From IMG/VR virus record IMGVR_UViG_3300025108_000016: 64,000 bases of DNA. The stretch is one strand, 5' to 3'. Shown piece by piece: positions 6,367-18,200 of this stretch. The position numbers were made by a program, and so were the translations under genes. Position 1 is the first letter of the stretch. Each line of letters begins with the position of its first letter. The DNA comes from a virus. The notes beneath the pieces were generated by a model. It made no database searches. It was not told the origin of the DNA and saw only the letters and a program-made list of their open reading frames with translations.

Positions 6367-6796
6367 GATTGATGCTGTTAGTAAATGGATCGAGTATGTT
6401 TCAGTAAAACGAAAGGAACTCGGTGGGCATGCTATATGTCCCTTTGCAGCAGCAGCAAGTGTAGAAGTTATAGAGTGTAATTTAATCGACATTGCTCTGA
6501 ATTCAGACCTTAACGCTGAGATTATCATCTTTATAGTTGAGGATGACGTTTCAGAAGCAGCAATGCTACAAAGTGTATCAATGTTGAACATGGCACAAAA
6601 TGAATATATTGTATTAGATGATCATAAACATGATCCTTCATATATCAATGGAGTTCAGACGAACTTTGGTGAATACAATATAGTGCTATGTTCAAAGATT
6701 GATAAATTAGTACAGGCAAGGAAATCTTTGCACCAGACCAATTATTATAGTTATTGGTCACCAAAAATGTATACGAGAATAGTCCATGGCAAATAG
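6359..6796 (+). CDS. Hypothetical protein with CPFA motif (DUF1415-like)
   Basis: WI......LGG..ICPFA N-terminal motif. Confidence 0.6.
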   Translation: MSKIDAVSKWIEYVSVKRKELGGHAICPFAAAASVEVIECNLIDIALNSDLNAEIIIFIVEDDVSEAAMLQSVSMLNMAQNEYIVLDDHKHDPSYINGVQTNFGEYNIVLCSKIDKLVQARKSLHQTNYYSYWSPKMYTRIVHGK

Positions 6797-6962
6797 TCCC
6801 ACCGATAAGAGCAACGATTTCGTACAATCAGGAATGACCTTGATCACTCAAGTAGAAAGTGATTATTGGTTGAATAAGTCTGCTAAAGAAAATGAACTAA
6901 TGCAACAGACCAGAGAATTTTTAGCAACAGCAGAATGGGACGATGGATTTGTTGGTAAGTGA
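6786..6962 (+). CDS. Small hypothetical protein (58 aa; not in ORF track)
   Basis: MANSPTDKS...SGMTLIT...EWDDGFVGK*; fills the gap before gp25. Confidence 0.65.
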   Translation: MANSPTDKSNDFVQSGMTLITQVESDYWLNKSAKENELMQQTREFLATAEWDDGFVGK

Positions 6963-6969
6963 CTAAATA
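6963..6969 (+). promoter_or_regulatory. Late promoter (CTAAATA)
   Basis: Immediately upstream of gp25. Confidence 0.65.
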
Positions 6970-6993
6970 CTAGGAGGTAACCTCTACTAATAA

Positions 6994-7386
6994 GTGGCGA
7001 ATCAACAATCGTTTAAAGATTTGAGCATTACGTTCAAACCTCATCCTGTAACAGGCGATTTAGTCGTTAAGAAGGATGATGCTGCAATTAAGCAGGCGAT
7101 TGTAAATTTATTATTAACAAATAAGGGAGAAAGGCCCTTTGCTCCTGATCTAGGTTCTGATTTACGTTCATTAATGTTTGAACCACTTGATGTGGCAACT
7201 GCAGGTCAGGTTGCCACTAATATTAAAAAAACGTTACGTGATTATGAACCACGTGTTGCAACGACTCAACTTTCTGTTGAAGCAAACTTTGATAGTAACG
7301 GGTTTGATGTAGAAATAGAGTTTGAGATTGTTGGTAGAGAAGATTTTCCACAAACACTAGAATTCTTCCTAGAGAGAACTCGATAA
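6994..7386 (+). CDS. gp25: Baseplate wedge subunit gp25
   Basis: AIKQAIVNLLLTNKGERPF.P..GS...YEPRV motif; synteny. Confidence 0.95.
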   Translation: MANQQSFKDLSITFKPHPVTGDLVVKKDDAAIKQAIVNLLLTNKGERPFAPDLGSDLRSLMFEPLDVATAGQVATNIKKTLRDYEPRVATTQLSVEANFDSNGFDVEIEFEIVGREDFPQTLEFFLERTR

Positions 7387-9195
7387 ATGCCATACGTTCA
7401 GCTGTCAAACCTAGATTTTGCAGATATTAAGACTGCTCTCAAGGAATACTTGAGATCGCAGCAAGAATTTACTGACTTCGATTTTGAAGGTTCGACATGG
7501 GCGAACCTTTTGGATGTGTTGGCGTATAACACCTACTACACGGCATTCAACACTAACATGGTGGTGAATGAGACGTTCCTTGATTCAGCAACGCTGAGGG
7601 ACAACGTAGTAGCATTAGCGAAGCAATTAGGATACACACCCAAGTCTGCAACATCACCAAAGGCAGTATTAACGTTTAGAGCAGTTTTCCCCAACACTGC
7701 ACCCAATGAGATCATACTGAAGCGAGGTACAGGATTTACCGCATCGTATGACACAAGAGCGTATAATTACGTTGCAGTTGAGGATATTAAAACACAAGTA
7801 GTTAATGGAACCGCAACTTTTGATGAAGTTGCGATCTATGAGGGTAATTTTGTTACAGATACTTATATTGTAAATGCAACTGCGTCGAACAGGTTTACAA
7901 TTAAGAACCCATCTGCGGACATTTCTACGTTAAGAGTACGTGTTCTCCCTTCTGCACAGGCAAGTACGGGAACTATGTTTGCAAGAGCGGACAATATACT
8001 TTCTGTTACGGGAGATAGCAAGGTATTCTACGTAGAAGAGATTGAAGATGAGCAATATGAAATTTTCTTCGGTGATGGAGTCCTTGGAAAGAAATTAGAA
8101 GCAGGAAACAAGATTGACATTACATATCTCTCTACAAATGGTCCTGAGAGCAATGGTGCCAAATCATTCACCTTCAATGGCGTCCTAGAGGACCCACAGG
8201 GGTCTTCTAACTATAATTACAGCATTTCCTACACGTCAGCAGCAGATCTTGCTGAAGCGGCAAATGGAGGTGCTGAAATTGAGTCACTTAAAAAGATCAA
8301 GTACAACGCACCTAAGTTTTTTGGTACACAGAACAGAGCAGTAACTGCAGAAGACTACGCAGCAATTGTTCGTGAGATTTATCCTGCTGTTGCTGATATC
8401 ATTACGTTTGGCGGAGAAGAGGATGATCCCCCAGAATATGGTAAGGTAAAGATTGTAGTAAAACCAAAATCCGCATCAAGGTTGAGTTCGAGAACCAAGA
8501 AAGAAATTAAAACTGGTCTCAAACCATATATTGTTGCTTCTATCAGTGCTGATATTGTTGATGCATCTGTACTATATGTTGAGATGACATCTAGAATCAT
8601 GTTTGATAAGACTAAGACTAATCAAACTAATGACGATATCAAATCCAAAGTTATTGCTGGACTAGAGAAATATATCGAAACATCTGATACAGAAAAATTT
8701 AATGGCAAATTTAGGTATTCAAAATTTGTCAGTGTCATCGATGATGCAGATCGTAGTATTAACGGCAATCTCACAACAATTAAAATGAGAAAGGATTTCT
8801 ATCCTAGTATCAATAACAAATTCTTTTATGAAGTGTGTTTCCAGAATGCATTCGATGACACATGTGATGAGGATACTGTAGTTCAATCTACTGGATTTAA
8901 GGTCAGCGAATATCCTTTGTATACAGTGTATCTGGAGGATCGTGCTGGTAAAATGGTCCTATATAGAATAGACTCTATAACTAGTGAAAAAATTGTTCTC
9001 AACGATTCTGTTGGAACAGTAGATTACAAGAAAGGCGAGGTTAAATTGTTTGACTTAACGATTATCAAAGGTAGTTTCTTTGACAATCGTATTGAAATTA
9101 GATCTGTCCCTCTAAGCAATGATATTAGTGCCATCAGGGAAGTTTATCTTGACGTAGATATCCCTAAGAGTTTGTTCACGATTATCGCAGAGTAA
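7387..9195 (+). CDS. gp6: Baseplate wedge subunit gp6
   Basis: LDF.DIK..L..YL....FTDFDFEGS, LAKQLGY.P and QNRAVT.EDY motifs. Confidence 0.95.
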   Translation: MPYVQLSNLDFADIKTALKEYLRSQQEFTDFDFEGSTWANLLDVLAYNTYYTAFNTNMVVNETFLDSATLRDNVVALAKQLGYTPKSATSPKAVLTFRAVFPNTAPNEIILKRGTGFTASYDTRAYNYVAVEDIKTQVVNGTATFDEVAIYEGNFVTDTYIVNATASNRFTIKNPSADISTLRVRVLPSAQASTGTMFARADNILSVTGDSKVFYVEEIEDEQYEIFFGDGVLGKKLEAGNKIDITYLSTNGPESNGAKSFTFNGVLEDPQGSSNYNYSISYTSAADLAEAANGGAEIESLKKIKYNAPKFFGTQNRAVTAEDYAAIVREIYPAVADIITFGGEEDDPPEYGKVKIVVKPKSASRLSSRTKKEIKTGLKPYIVASISADIVDASVLYVEMTSRIMFDKTKTNQTNDDIKSKVIAGLEKYIETSDTEKFNGKFRYSKFVSVIDDADRSINGNLTTIKMRKDFYPSINNKFFYEVCFQNAFDDTCDEDTVVQSTGFKVSEYPLYTVYLEDRAGKMVLYRIDSITSEKIVLNDSVGTVDYKKGEVKLFDLTIIKGSFFDNRIEIRSVPLSNDISAIREVYLDVDIPKSLFTIIAE

Positions 9196-9201
9196 GTTTA
9201 A

Positions 9202-12200
9202 ATGGTAGAGACCAGAAGAATATCTACTCTTATTGAATCTCAACTCCCTGAGTTCATTATCAATGAATATGAGAATTTCTCTAAAGTCATTGAGAAATAT
9301 TATGAGCAGTTGGAGTTAAGAGGCAATCCTCTTGACGTGATTAGTAATATCACGAAATATCGTGATATTGATTTTTATGAAAAAAATCTACTTAAAGAGT
9401 CTACTAAAGTAGTATCTTACGTTGATGCAGTTGATACCACTATTCGGGTTGAAGATGCAACTTCCTTCCCTGAAACTGATGGTTACATCTCTATCGGTAG
9501 TGAGATCATCTTTTATAAGTCCAGAACAGATACTGAATTTAGAGAAGTATCCCGTGGTGTCAGTGGCAATCAAAGACTAGGAGATTTGTACAGCTCCAGT
9601 CAGTTTGTTACCACTCTGGCAGAAAATCATGACATCAATGCCAATGTACAGAACATTAGTAATCTGTTCTTGTATGCATTTGTCAAAAACTTTGAAAATG
9701 ATTACCTAGCATCATTCCCAGAAAAGTATTTAAAGGATGATGTTGATAAGCGTACCCTAATCAAGAATATTACTGATTTCTATCAGGCAAAGGGTACTGA
9801 TAGGTCTATTCAGTTTATTTTCAACACACTAGTTTCTAATGATAAACCCAAGGTTCTAAGACCTAAAGATAATACTCTAAAATCATCTTTTTCTGATTGG
9901 ATTACATCATATGCTCTTAAGGTAATTGTTTTAGAAGGAAATGCTGATGATTTAATCGGTGAGACAATTATTCAGAATTTAGATCCACTCAACGAATCTG
10001 TTGAGTATGCATCTGCTATTGTAGACAATGTATTCAGTGCTGGGTCAGTTGATGGATTGTCTTTGTATGAAATTACGATTGATACTGCTACACTTAATAA
10101 TCAATTCGGTACTGCATCCAAAACACGCTTAACTGATAGTCTACCAACTAATAGTGATGTTGGTGATAGGATTAATGTATTCTCTACAGAAGGATTTTTA
10201 CAGAAGGGCAGAATCTATATTAATGGAGAAGAGGTTCAATATTCCTCTAAAAATGTAGATCAGTTCGTAATTAGTCGCAGGGAAAGATCTGATGGGTATG
10301 CTGCAGATACTAACGTCTATAGTTACTCTACAATCACCTCTGGAGACGTTAGATTACTTTGTCTAGGAGTTCTATACAATTTGGAGCAAGAGACCTCTGC
10401 TCCGTATTCAGAACCAGGTGATAGGATTCAAATCTCCGAACCAGGATTCACTAGTATCGATCCAATTCTTATTGATACTAATGGTAATCTAAGATGGTTT
10501 GAAAATGCTGGTTATGGATCATCTGGCGATATTAATGTCGGTAATGTTATTAGTAAGTTAAAGAATAACATTTCTGCTGTATATCGTGATGAAAACTATT
10601 ATTATCTTGCTACAGGAGGATTGCCAAATAGACCTATCTTGTATAGTGGTATTGGACAAACTCTAAGTGATCAAAAAATTCTTAGATTGATTCGTAAGAA
10701 ACCACTTACGATCACCGAGTCTTATGAGACTTCACAACGTGATGTTGGTATTTTTGTTGATGGCACCATTGCGTTCAGTCACAAAGACTTTGATCAAATT
10801 AAATATGGTAAAATTACTAAATTCAATATTGAAAACAAAGGTAATGGATATAATGATCCCCCTAACGTTCTTATTAATGGAGCTCCAGGATTAGCAAGAA
10901 CATTTTTGTCTGGAGAGACAATTGGTAGTATTGAACTAGAAACTGATAATATTTTTACTAGTGTTCCTGAAGTTACGATTACTTCTGGTAGAGGAGCAGA
11001 GGCAACAGCTGTTGTAACTTTCGGTGCTATCACAAGTATTAATGTTGTTAATTCTGGAGAATACTATTCAACTCCTCCTAGGGTTGTAATTACAGATAAA
11101 CTAGGTAAGGGTCGTTTTGCAGAATATAAAGCAATTCTAGTAGATGGTAAAATTGTTTCCTTTGAAAGTGTAGATCAGGGTAAATTCTACAGCAAAGGAA
11201 ATGTAATTGTTGAAATTTTCCCAGTTGGTAGAGATGGTCTGGTAACATGTGATGTGTTCACTTGGACTAAAAACAGATATAATAAATTACAACCAGATCT
11301 AGACAATAATAATTCTTACGTATTTCCTCACTATAATCCAACTAGAGGATTTGGATATGGCGTTTGTGCATCCCCAACTCAATTAAGAACTGAGTTATCT
11401 GATGATGGAACTGGACATTCACCTATTTTAGGTTTTGCTTATGATGGTAATCCCATCTATGGTCCTTTTGGATTTGAAAATCCACTAGATTCTACTAGTA
11501 CAATAGGAAGGATCAGATCTGCATATAGAATTAAAGCAACTAGAATTGATGGACCATCGGTAGATGAATTTCCTATCGGAACATTTATCCAAGATTATGA
11601 ATGGGTAGCAAGTACATCTATCGGTAAGACTGAACTAGATGAGAACAATGGTAGATTCTGTGTAACTCCAGAATATCCTACTGGCACCTATGCATATTTT
11701 ATTAGTGTTGATTCTGATGATAACCCAACTTTCCCATACATTCTAGGTAACAATTTTTATTCTTTACCTGTTGATTCCAACTACAATGCAGATTTAACTC
11801 AGGACGATCTACCGACAAAAGCAGAAAGATACAGAATTCCTGGTATGGACGGAAATGGTTCCCAATCCATGCTAACTATTGCTGAGACTTTATCAGGAAA
11901 CGTTGAAACTTTAAGTATTTTAAATTCTACGGATCAATTTAAAGTTGGCGGTAAATTCCAAGTTAGTGATGTAAGAACAGATGGATCTGGTGCGTCTGCA
12001 TTTGTTTCTTCTGTTGTAGGTAAAGATATTCTTTCTATGGATTGTAAGTCCTTAGAAACAACTAATACTAAGTCAGTTGCGCTAGTACGATTAATTTCTC
12101 CAACATACCTGTTTGAAAATGATATTGTTACACAAGAAGATTCTGCATTTACTGGTAAGGTAATTTCAGACATATCTAATAGGAGTGAATTTGTCCTTGA

Positions 12201-15200
12201 AGAAGTATCAGGAACTTTTGTTGAAGGTAAGGATCTTAATTCTTCTAGTACAATTATTAGTATCTTAATTGATAGAAATGTATTTTTTACTGCAGAATCA
12301 ACTCTTCTGTTAACTGATGGTGCAGATTCAACCCTTGCTACTGGTAGAGTTTTAGAATCAGTATCTAATCAAAATTCTGTTAAAGTAGAAGTTTTATCAG
12401 GTGAGTTTGTTGTTCCTGATAGTGTAACCACAGCACACTTTTTGCAGAGCACAACTCTAGGTGATAGTGTTGGTGGTGAAGTTGTAGTTTATTCAAATCT
12501 AAGTAAAGAAATTAAAGCTTTTGCAGTTAGAGATGATCTAGTTCTAGTCGAAACTGATGGAACTCATAATGTAGGAGTTAATAGTTATATCGATGTTGAA
12601 GTAGATCCAGATGTAAGTCAGACTACAACTGAATATTATGTAAGAAAACGTTTCTATCAGGAAATTAAACTCAAGACTCCTAGTTTTGGTAGTTTGATGA
12701 CTGATACTGGTGTAGGTAGAGGAGATCTATTAAATGGTGGTCTTGCCTATACTTCTGGAAATTATGTAGATGTAGAATTGATTTTCCTTGACCAAAGCAG
12801 AGTTAGGAATGGAATTGGTTCTCCTGGTGATAGTAAGAATGCTATCGCAACTATTAATGTTAGTGACTTTAATGGCACTGGGTATGGTAGTGTATCTGAT
12901 TTTACTATTACTAATAAAGGAAGTGATTATATCAAAGGTGATATTCTAACAGTTGCAGATGCTGATCTTGGTAGACTTTCTAATGCTATTTCTTCTCAAA
13001 GACTAGCAATCAATGTAGATCATATTGGTCTTGCACAACTTAATACTAAATTGAGTTTAGTTCAAGTCAATAAGTTGTCTGAGAATGACCTTCTTAAAAT
13101 TGATAGCGAAATTGTCAAAGTTGTTAGTATTGACTCTAGTAATAGAGAAGTAACAATTGAAAGGGGTATTGAAGGTAGTAATATTGTAGATCACTTTGAT
13201 GGAACGCTTGTATCTCTATACAAAGGTGTCTATAGATTTGATGCGAATTCAAGACCTCTAGGAATTGGTCCTAACGATCCAACTATTATTTCATATGACT
13301 CTACAACACAGAACATTGTGTTGGCATATGATTATAGTTCTACTTCTCCTAGAGAAGTTACTCTAAGTAGCGTATTCCAAGATAATAGTTCTCCTAAGAA
13401 GTCTATTGCTCTAAGTTCTGTTGTTCCTGGAGAAAATAGACTAGAATTTTCTAAAGATGTTAATTTTGCTACGTTTGGTGTTAATACTGATATTAGAATT
13501 CAAAAATACTACAATTATGTGTTTGACACTAGTCATGTTTCTATGCAAGGTGTCTTCCTAGATTTTTCTGCTAGCAGAACAGGAACTATCTTCACAGAAG
13601 AAAAAATAGTAAGTGGCATTCAACCTGGCAATGCTGGTTCGTTTGTTTCAATTACTCTCGGATTTGGTCCAAATATTGTAGGTCAGACTCAACAGAGATT
13701 CCCAGTAAACTTTGACACGTATTATTACTTTATTAAATCAAATAGTGATGTTAATACTGATGGTGCAGCTCTACGAGTTATTGATGATCCAATTGCAGGT
13801 TCTAAGCAAATCTTGTTCTCTAGTCAAACTAAATTTGCATATGCTTATACAGAGACTCCTGATTACAATGGCAAAGGATCTTTAAGGTATAACACCGATT
13901 CCCCATTTGCTATTGGTAAAATTAAATCTGCAACTATTGACAATAAAGGTATAGATTACAAAAGATTGCCAGTAATTACTGGATGTAATGTTGATTCTGA
14001 CAATCAACCAAACCTTAAAGTTCAATGGGATTCTATTACAAAAACTATTCTTGGAGTTGAAATTTTACAAGGTGGCAAGAATTTTGTATCACCTAAAGCA
14101 TATGTTAGTAGAGGTGATGGTACAGGAGCAGTATTTAATGTATTCCAAGATGCTGGCAGAATTGTTAGAATAGATGTTGTTAATGAAGGTAGTGGATATA
14201 ATTACATTCCTGAAATTACTATCTACGAAGGCGGAGTAGAAGCATACTTTGGATCTAATAATATTGGATTACCTAAGAATGTGAGTATTGTTAAAAATGG
14301 TGGTGGATACCATAATGATACTACTATTCTACCTAAATTTACATCACACTATGCTCTTATTATTAGAGGACAATCTAAGTTTTTCAAAGGAGAAAGAGTT
14401 GAGCAGAGAGATGGTAATCGTTTAGTATTCAGTGCAATTATTTCTGATAAGGGATGGAGACTTGGTACTAACATTATAAGATTAGAAAAAATTACAGGTA
14501 ATGTAGATTTCAATTTACCGCTAGTTTCGGTAATGCAAACATCAAGATCTGTTGAAGTAGTAGATGTTTTGTCAACTCAATTTAAACCTACCATTAAATC
14601 TTTCTCAGATAACATGGGTAGGTTTACATCCGATAAGGGAAAAATTGGTGATAGAAATCAAAGACTTACCGATTCTTTCTTCTACCAAGATTATTCTTAT
14701 GTAATTCAATCCAAGACTCCTATTAATACGTGGAGAGACTTGATCAAGCAAACTACGCATCCAGCTGGTTTCTTGATGTTTGGTGAAGTTGTCATTGAAA
14801 GTGAACAAGAAAGTTCAATGCCAATTGAACAACCAAAGTCGGATAAAATTTCTTTTATCGAACTAGCACCTAAAAATGTTACAGTAGAAAGAAAATCTAC
14901 TAGAGTTACTCAAAGTTCAATTAGAGTTAGAGATACCAATCTTCGTAGAGGTGTTGGTAGTGTTTCCATTAATGAGTATGATACTGAAGGTATTCTATCT
15001 AAAGAATTAATTTTAGCACAAGATTTCTCTGGTCGCTATGCAACTCAGGAAGATTATATTGGACCTATCAAATCAATTACAAAAGTAGGTGATGGCACTT
15101 CTGAGATTGCTGTTGGTTTTGGTGGTGGAACTAACTTTACCACTATTGCTGGTGAATATAATCACTGGGTCAAGTTTAAAATGCTTGGCAACACCAATAA

Positions 15201-18200
15201 TCAACCTGCCATCACTCCTTATGTTGATGCTACTTCTCCTGCACAATCATGGAGCGGATCATTACACAACTACTCTATTCTCCCAAATGATGAGTATGTA
15301 ACCAGTGGAGGTGGTAATTTTGATCTGTCAAAGATCAATCTTATGACTATTGGTTTCATGCCTGAGTTTGGTGAGTTCTCAAGTAATCAAGGTACTTCAA
15401 ATACTGAATTTGGTGCGGTTATCCAATCAAACGAATCTGACTTTTCTGAGATTGCATCAGGATTTGAAGTTGGTGATACTATTACTTTTTATGAAAATGC
15501 TTCAACGTTTGTTAAAGTTGAAGTTGTAACTGTAGATTCTCCAGCATACCACCCAACGCTAGGTGTTATTGGTGATGGTAATGTTCTTGGAAGAAGAACC
15601 TTCCAACTTTTAGACAAAGCAAATAATTTAGCATACTCACCATATAATGAGCAAGAAACATTCATTACTTTAAATGGTGTTGCACAAGAACCAAAAAAAG
15701 CATACGAGATAAGTGGAAGTCAAATTACATTTGCATCTGCTCCTTTAGGACCTCAGTATCCTATTACTGGGGAAAATTTTGATGATACTTACACTACAGA
15801 TCCAACAAAGTTTGTATGTAAATCATTTAAATTTAAAAATGATACATTTAATGATAAGTATCTTAAAAAAATTAAAGATATTTCTGGAAGTTTTGATGGT
15901 ATTTCTACAGAGTTTGCATTAAGTTGGGATGACGATACTATTGTTAAAACTGACACCAAAGAAAATCTTCTAATTTTTGTTAATGGTGTTTTACAGGCAG
16001 TAAATACCGCATATACTATTAGAAGGAGTGCTAATGATTCCCAAACAGATATTATTGTATTCATTGAACCACCAAGAAATTTCTATGATGTTATTGACTA
16101 CACTCCAGAACAATTAGATCAAAAAGAATATTTCTATGGATATGGTGTTGGTAGTTACGATAGACTTAGAATTGATGAGAGATTGATTCCTTATCGTGGT
16201 GAGGGTCCATATCTTGTATTTGATGAAGAAACTGATACAGTCAAAAATATTAATGAAGCAGACTTTGCATTAGTGTTTGTTGATGGTGTTCTACAAGCAC
16301 CTGATACTTATAAGTTGAATGGACCAAATATTTCGTTTACAGAAAAACTTATTAAGTATATTCCTAGTACTGGAGAATCTTTAGCAAGCAAAGTAGAAAT
16401 TATTTCTTTGTTTGGTAGACAAGTTCCTAAAACTTTATCTGCATATGATTATGATAGAATTATTTTTAGAAATGAAGTTAGTATAGTTCTAACTAAAGTA
16501 TTAGATGATCCTAATGGAAAAGATGAATATATTGAGTGGCAGGAAAACTTTACTGCTTTTGATCCTTCTGTTACCAAGAATGTATTCACATTTGATGATA
16601 ATGGTAACAGAGTATTCATTGGTAAACTTAATAGTGTAAGATTTGATCTTCTAGAAGACGGAACAGCAACTGGCAATGCAAAACCAGGAGTTGTTGCAGA
16701 ACAACTAACTATCAAGATTCTCAATGCAGAAAACCTTAAGTTTACCGCAAATGATTATGATCCAAGAGTTAGCGATGATGATGAACTAAGAATTAAAGGA
16801 ATCTTCATTACAGACCAAACTGACTTTACTGATTTCGTAAGTTTCAACTCAGCATATCCTATCTTTAAAATTGATTGGGAATATTCTAAAAATGCTGATG
16901 GTGAAAGGGTTCTTGTTCAAGATATTCCTGATTGGTTGAAAGGATCTAAACTAGGTGATGATGCATACTTCAATCTTTATAATAATCTAGTTGACATTGC
17001 TCCTGGCGATGAAATTATGATTGATGGTGAGAAAGATTACAGAAAAATTTTGTATATCCCACCAGAAGTAAAAGGAAGAAACTTCAACAACGGACAGACT
17101 GCCAAATTTGAGCACTATAGTCCTATTGAAGTTACTAACTATAATGATATAGTAAGAGGAGAAGGTCTTAGTGTTACTTGCACTATTGGTGATGGTGGTG
17201 CCGTCACTGGTGTTGGTTTTAGTGACCTTGAGTGGAATAGAAGAGATCTAAAACTCTTTTTTGATACAGGTATTCTACTACAACCAACAGCATATCAGTA
17301 TTTTGTTCCACCTCAAGTTAAATTTATTCCTGTCGATGGAAGAGGTGGTGGTGCAAGAGCAGAAGTTCTCACTATTGCAGGACAAGTTTTAGATGTTATT
17401 CTCCTTGAGGGTGGTAGTGGATACACTCAACCACCTAGGGCAGTTGTAACACGAGGATATAACGTTCTACGTAAACCAAATAGAACTATTCAATCTAACT
17501 ATAGACTTGAGATTGGAACACAAATTGGTTTACAACAGCAAACTACCATTGCTACAGAGATTATTATTTCTGGTCAGGGACAATCTACTGGTCTCTTCTC
17601 TCTCATCTCATTTGGTATTGTTGGTTCAGTTACACCAATTGATAACGATGAAATTGTTAACATCATTACACCTGAGGCAGAAGAAGTTGGTGATCAACTA
17701 GGGTTGCCTGAAGGTAACTCTATTATCTTTACTAATAGGGATCCATTCACTGCAATTGATCAAGTTGCATCTGAACTTCTTATTAATGAGACTCTCATCA
17801 CAGTTACACTTGATAACCCAATTGCAAGTATCACTAACATCAGTCCTGCTGGTGGTGTTGACGTTATTATTAATAATTTACAGAAGATTATTAATACACC
17901 AATTGCATACTTCCGTGAAGAATCTGCATCTGCAACTGGTGCATTGTTGGATTCCCCACTATCTCCAATAGGTACTACTCTATATGTTAATAATACGTCT
18001 CTGTTTGCAGACGTTGGTAAACTACAAGTTGGTAGAGAGATTGTTGGATATGAAAGAAAACTACAAGATAGATTCCTTAATGTTACTAGAGGTCTTGATA
18101 GAACTGTAGCAGTTGCTCATCCTGCAGGTCAATACATCAGAACTATCCCAGATTCTGTAAGGGTTATTGATGCTGGTCCTAGAAGCATTATTGCTACTAT

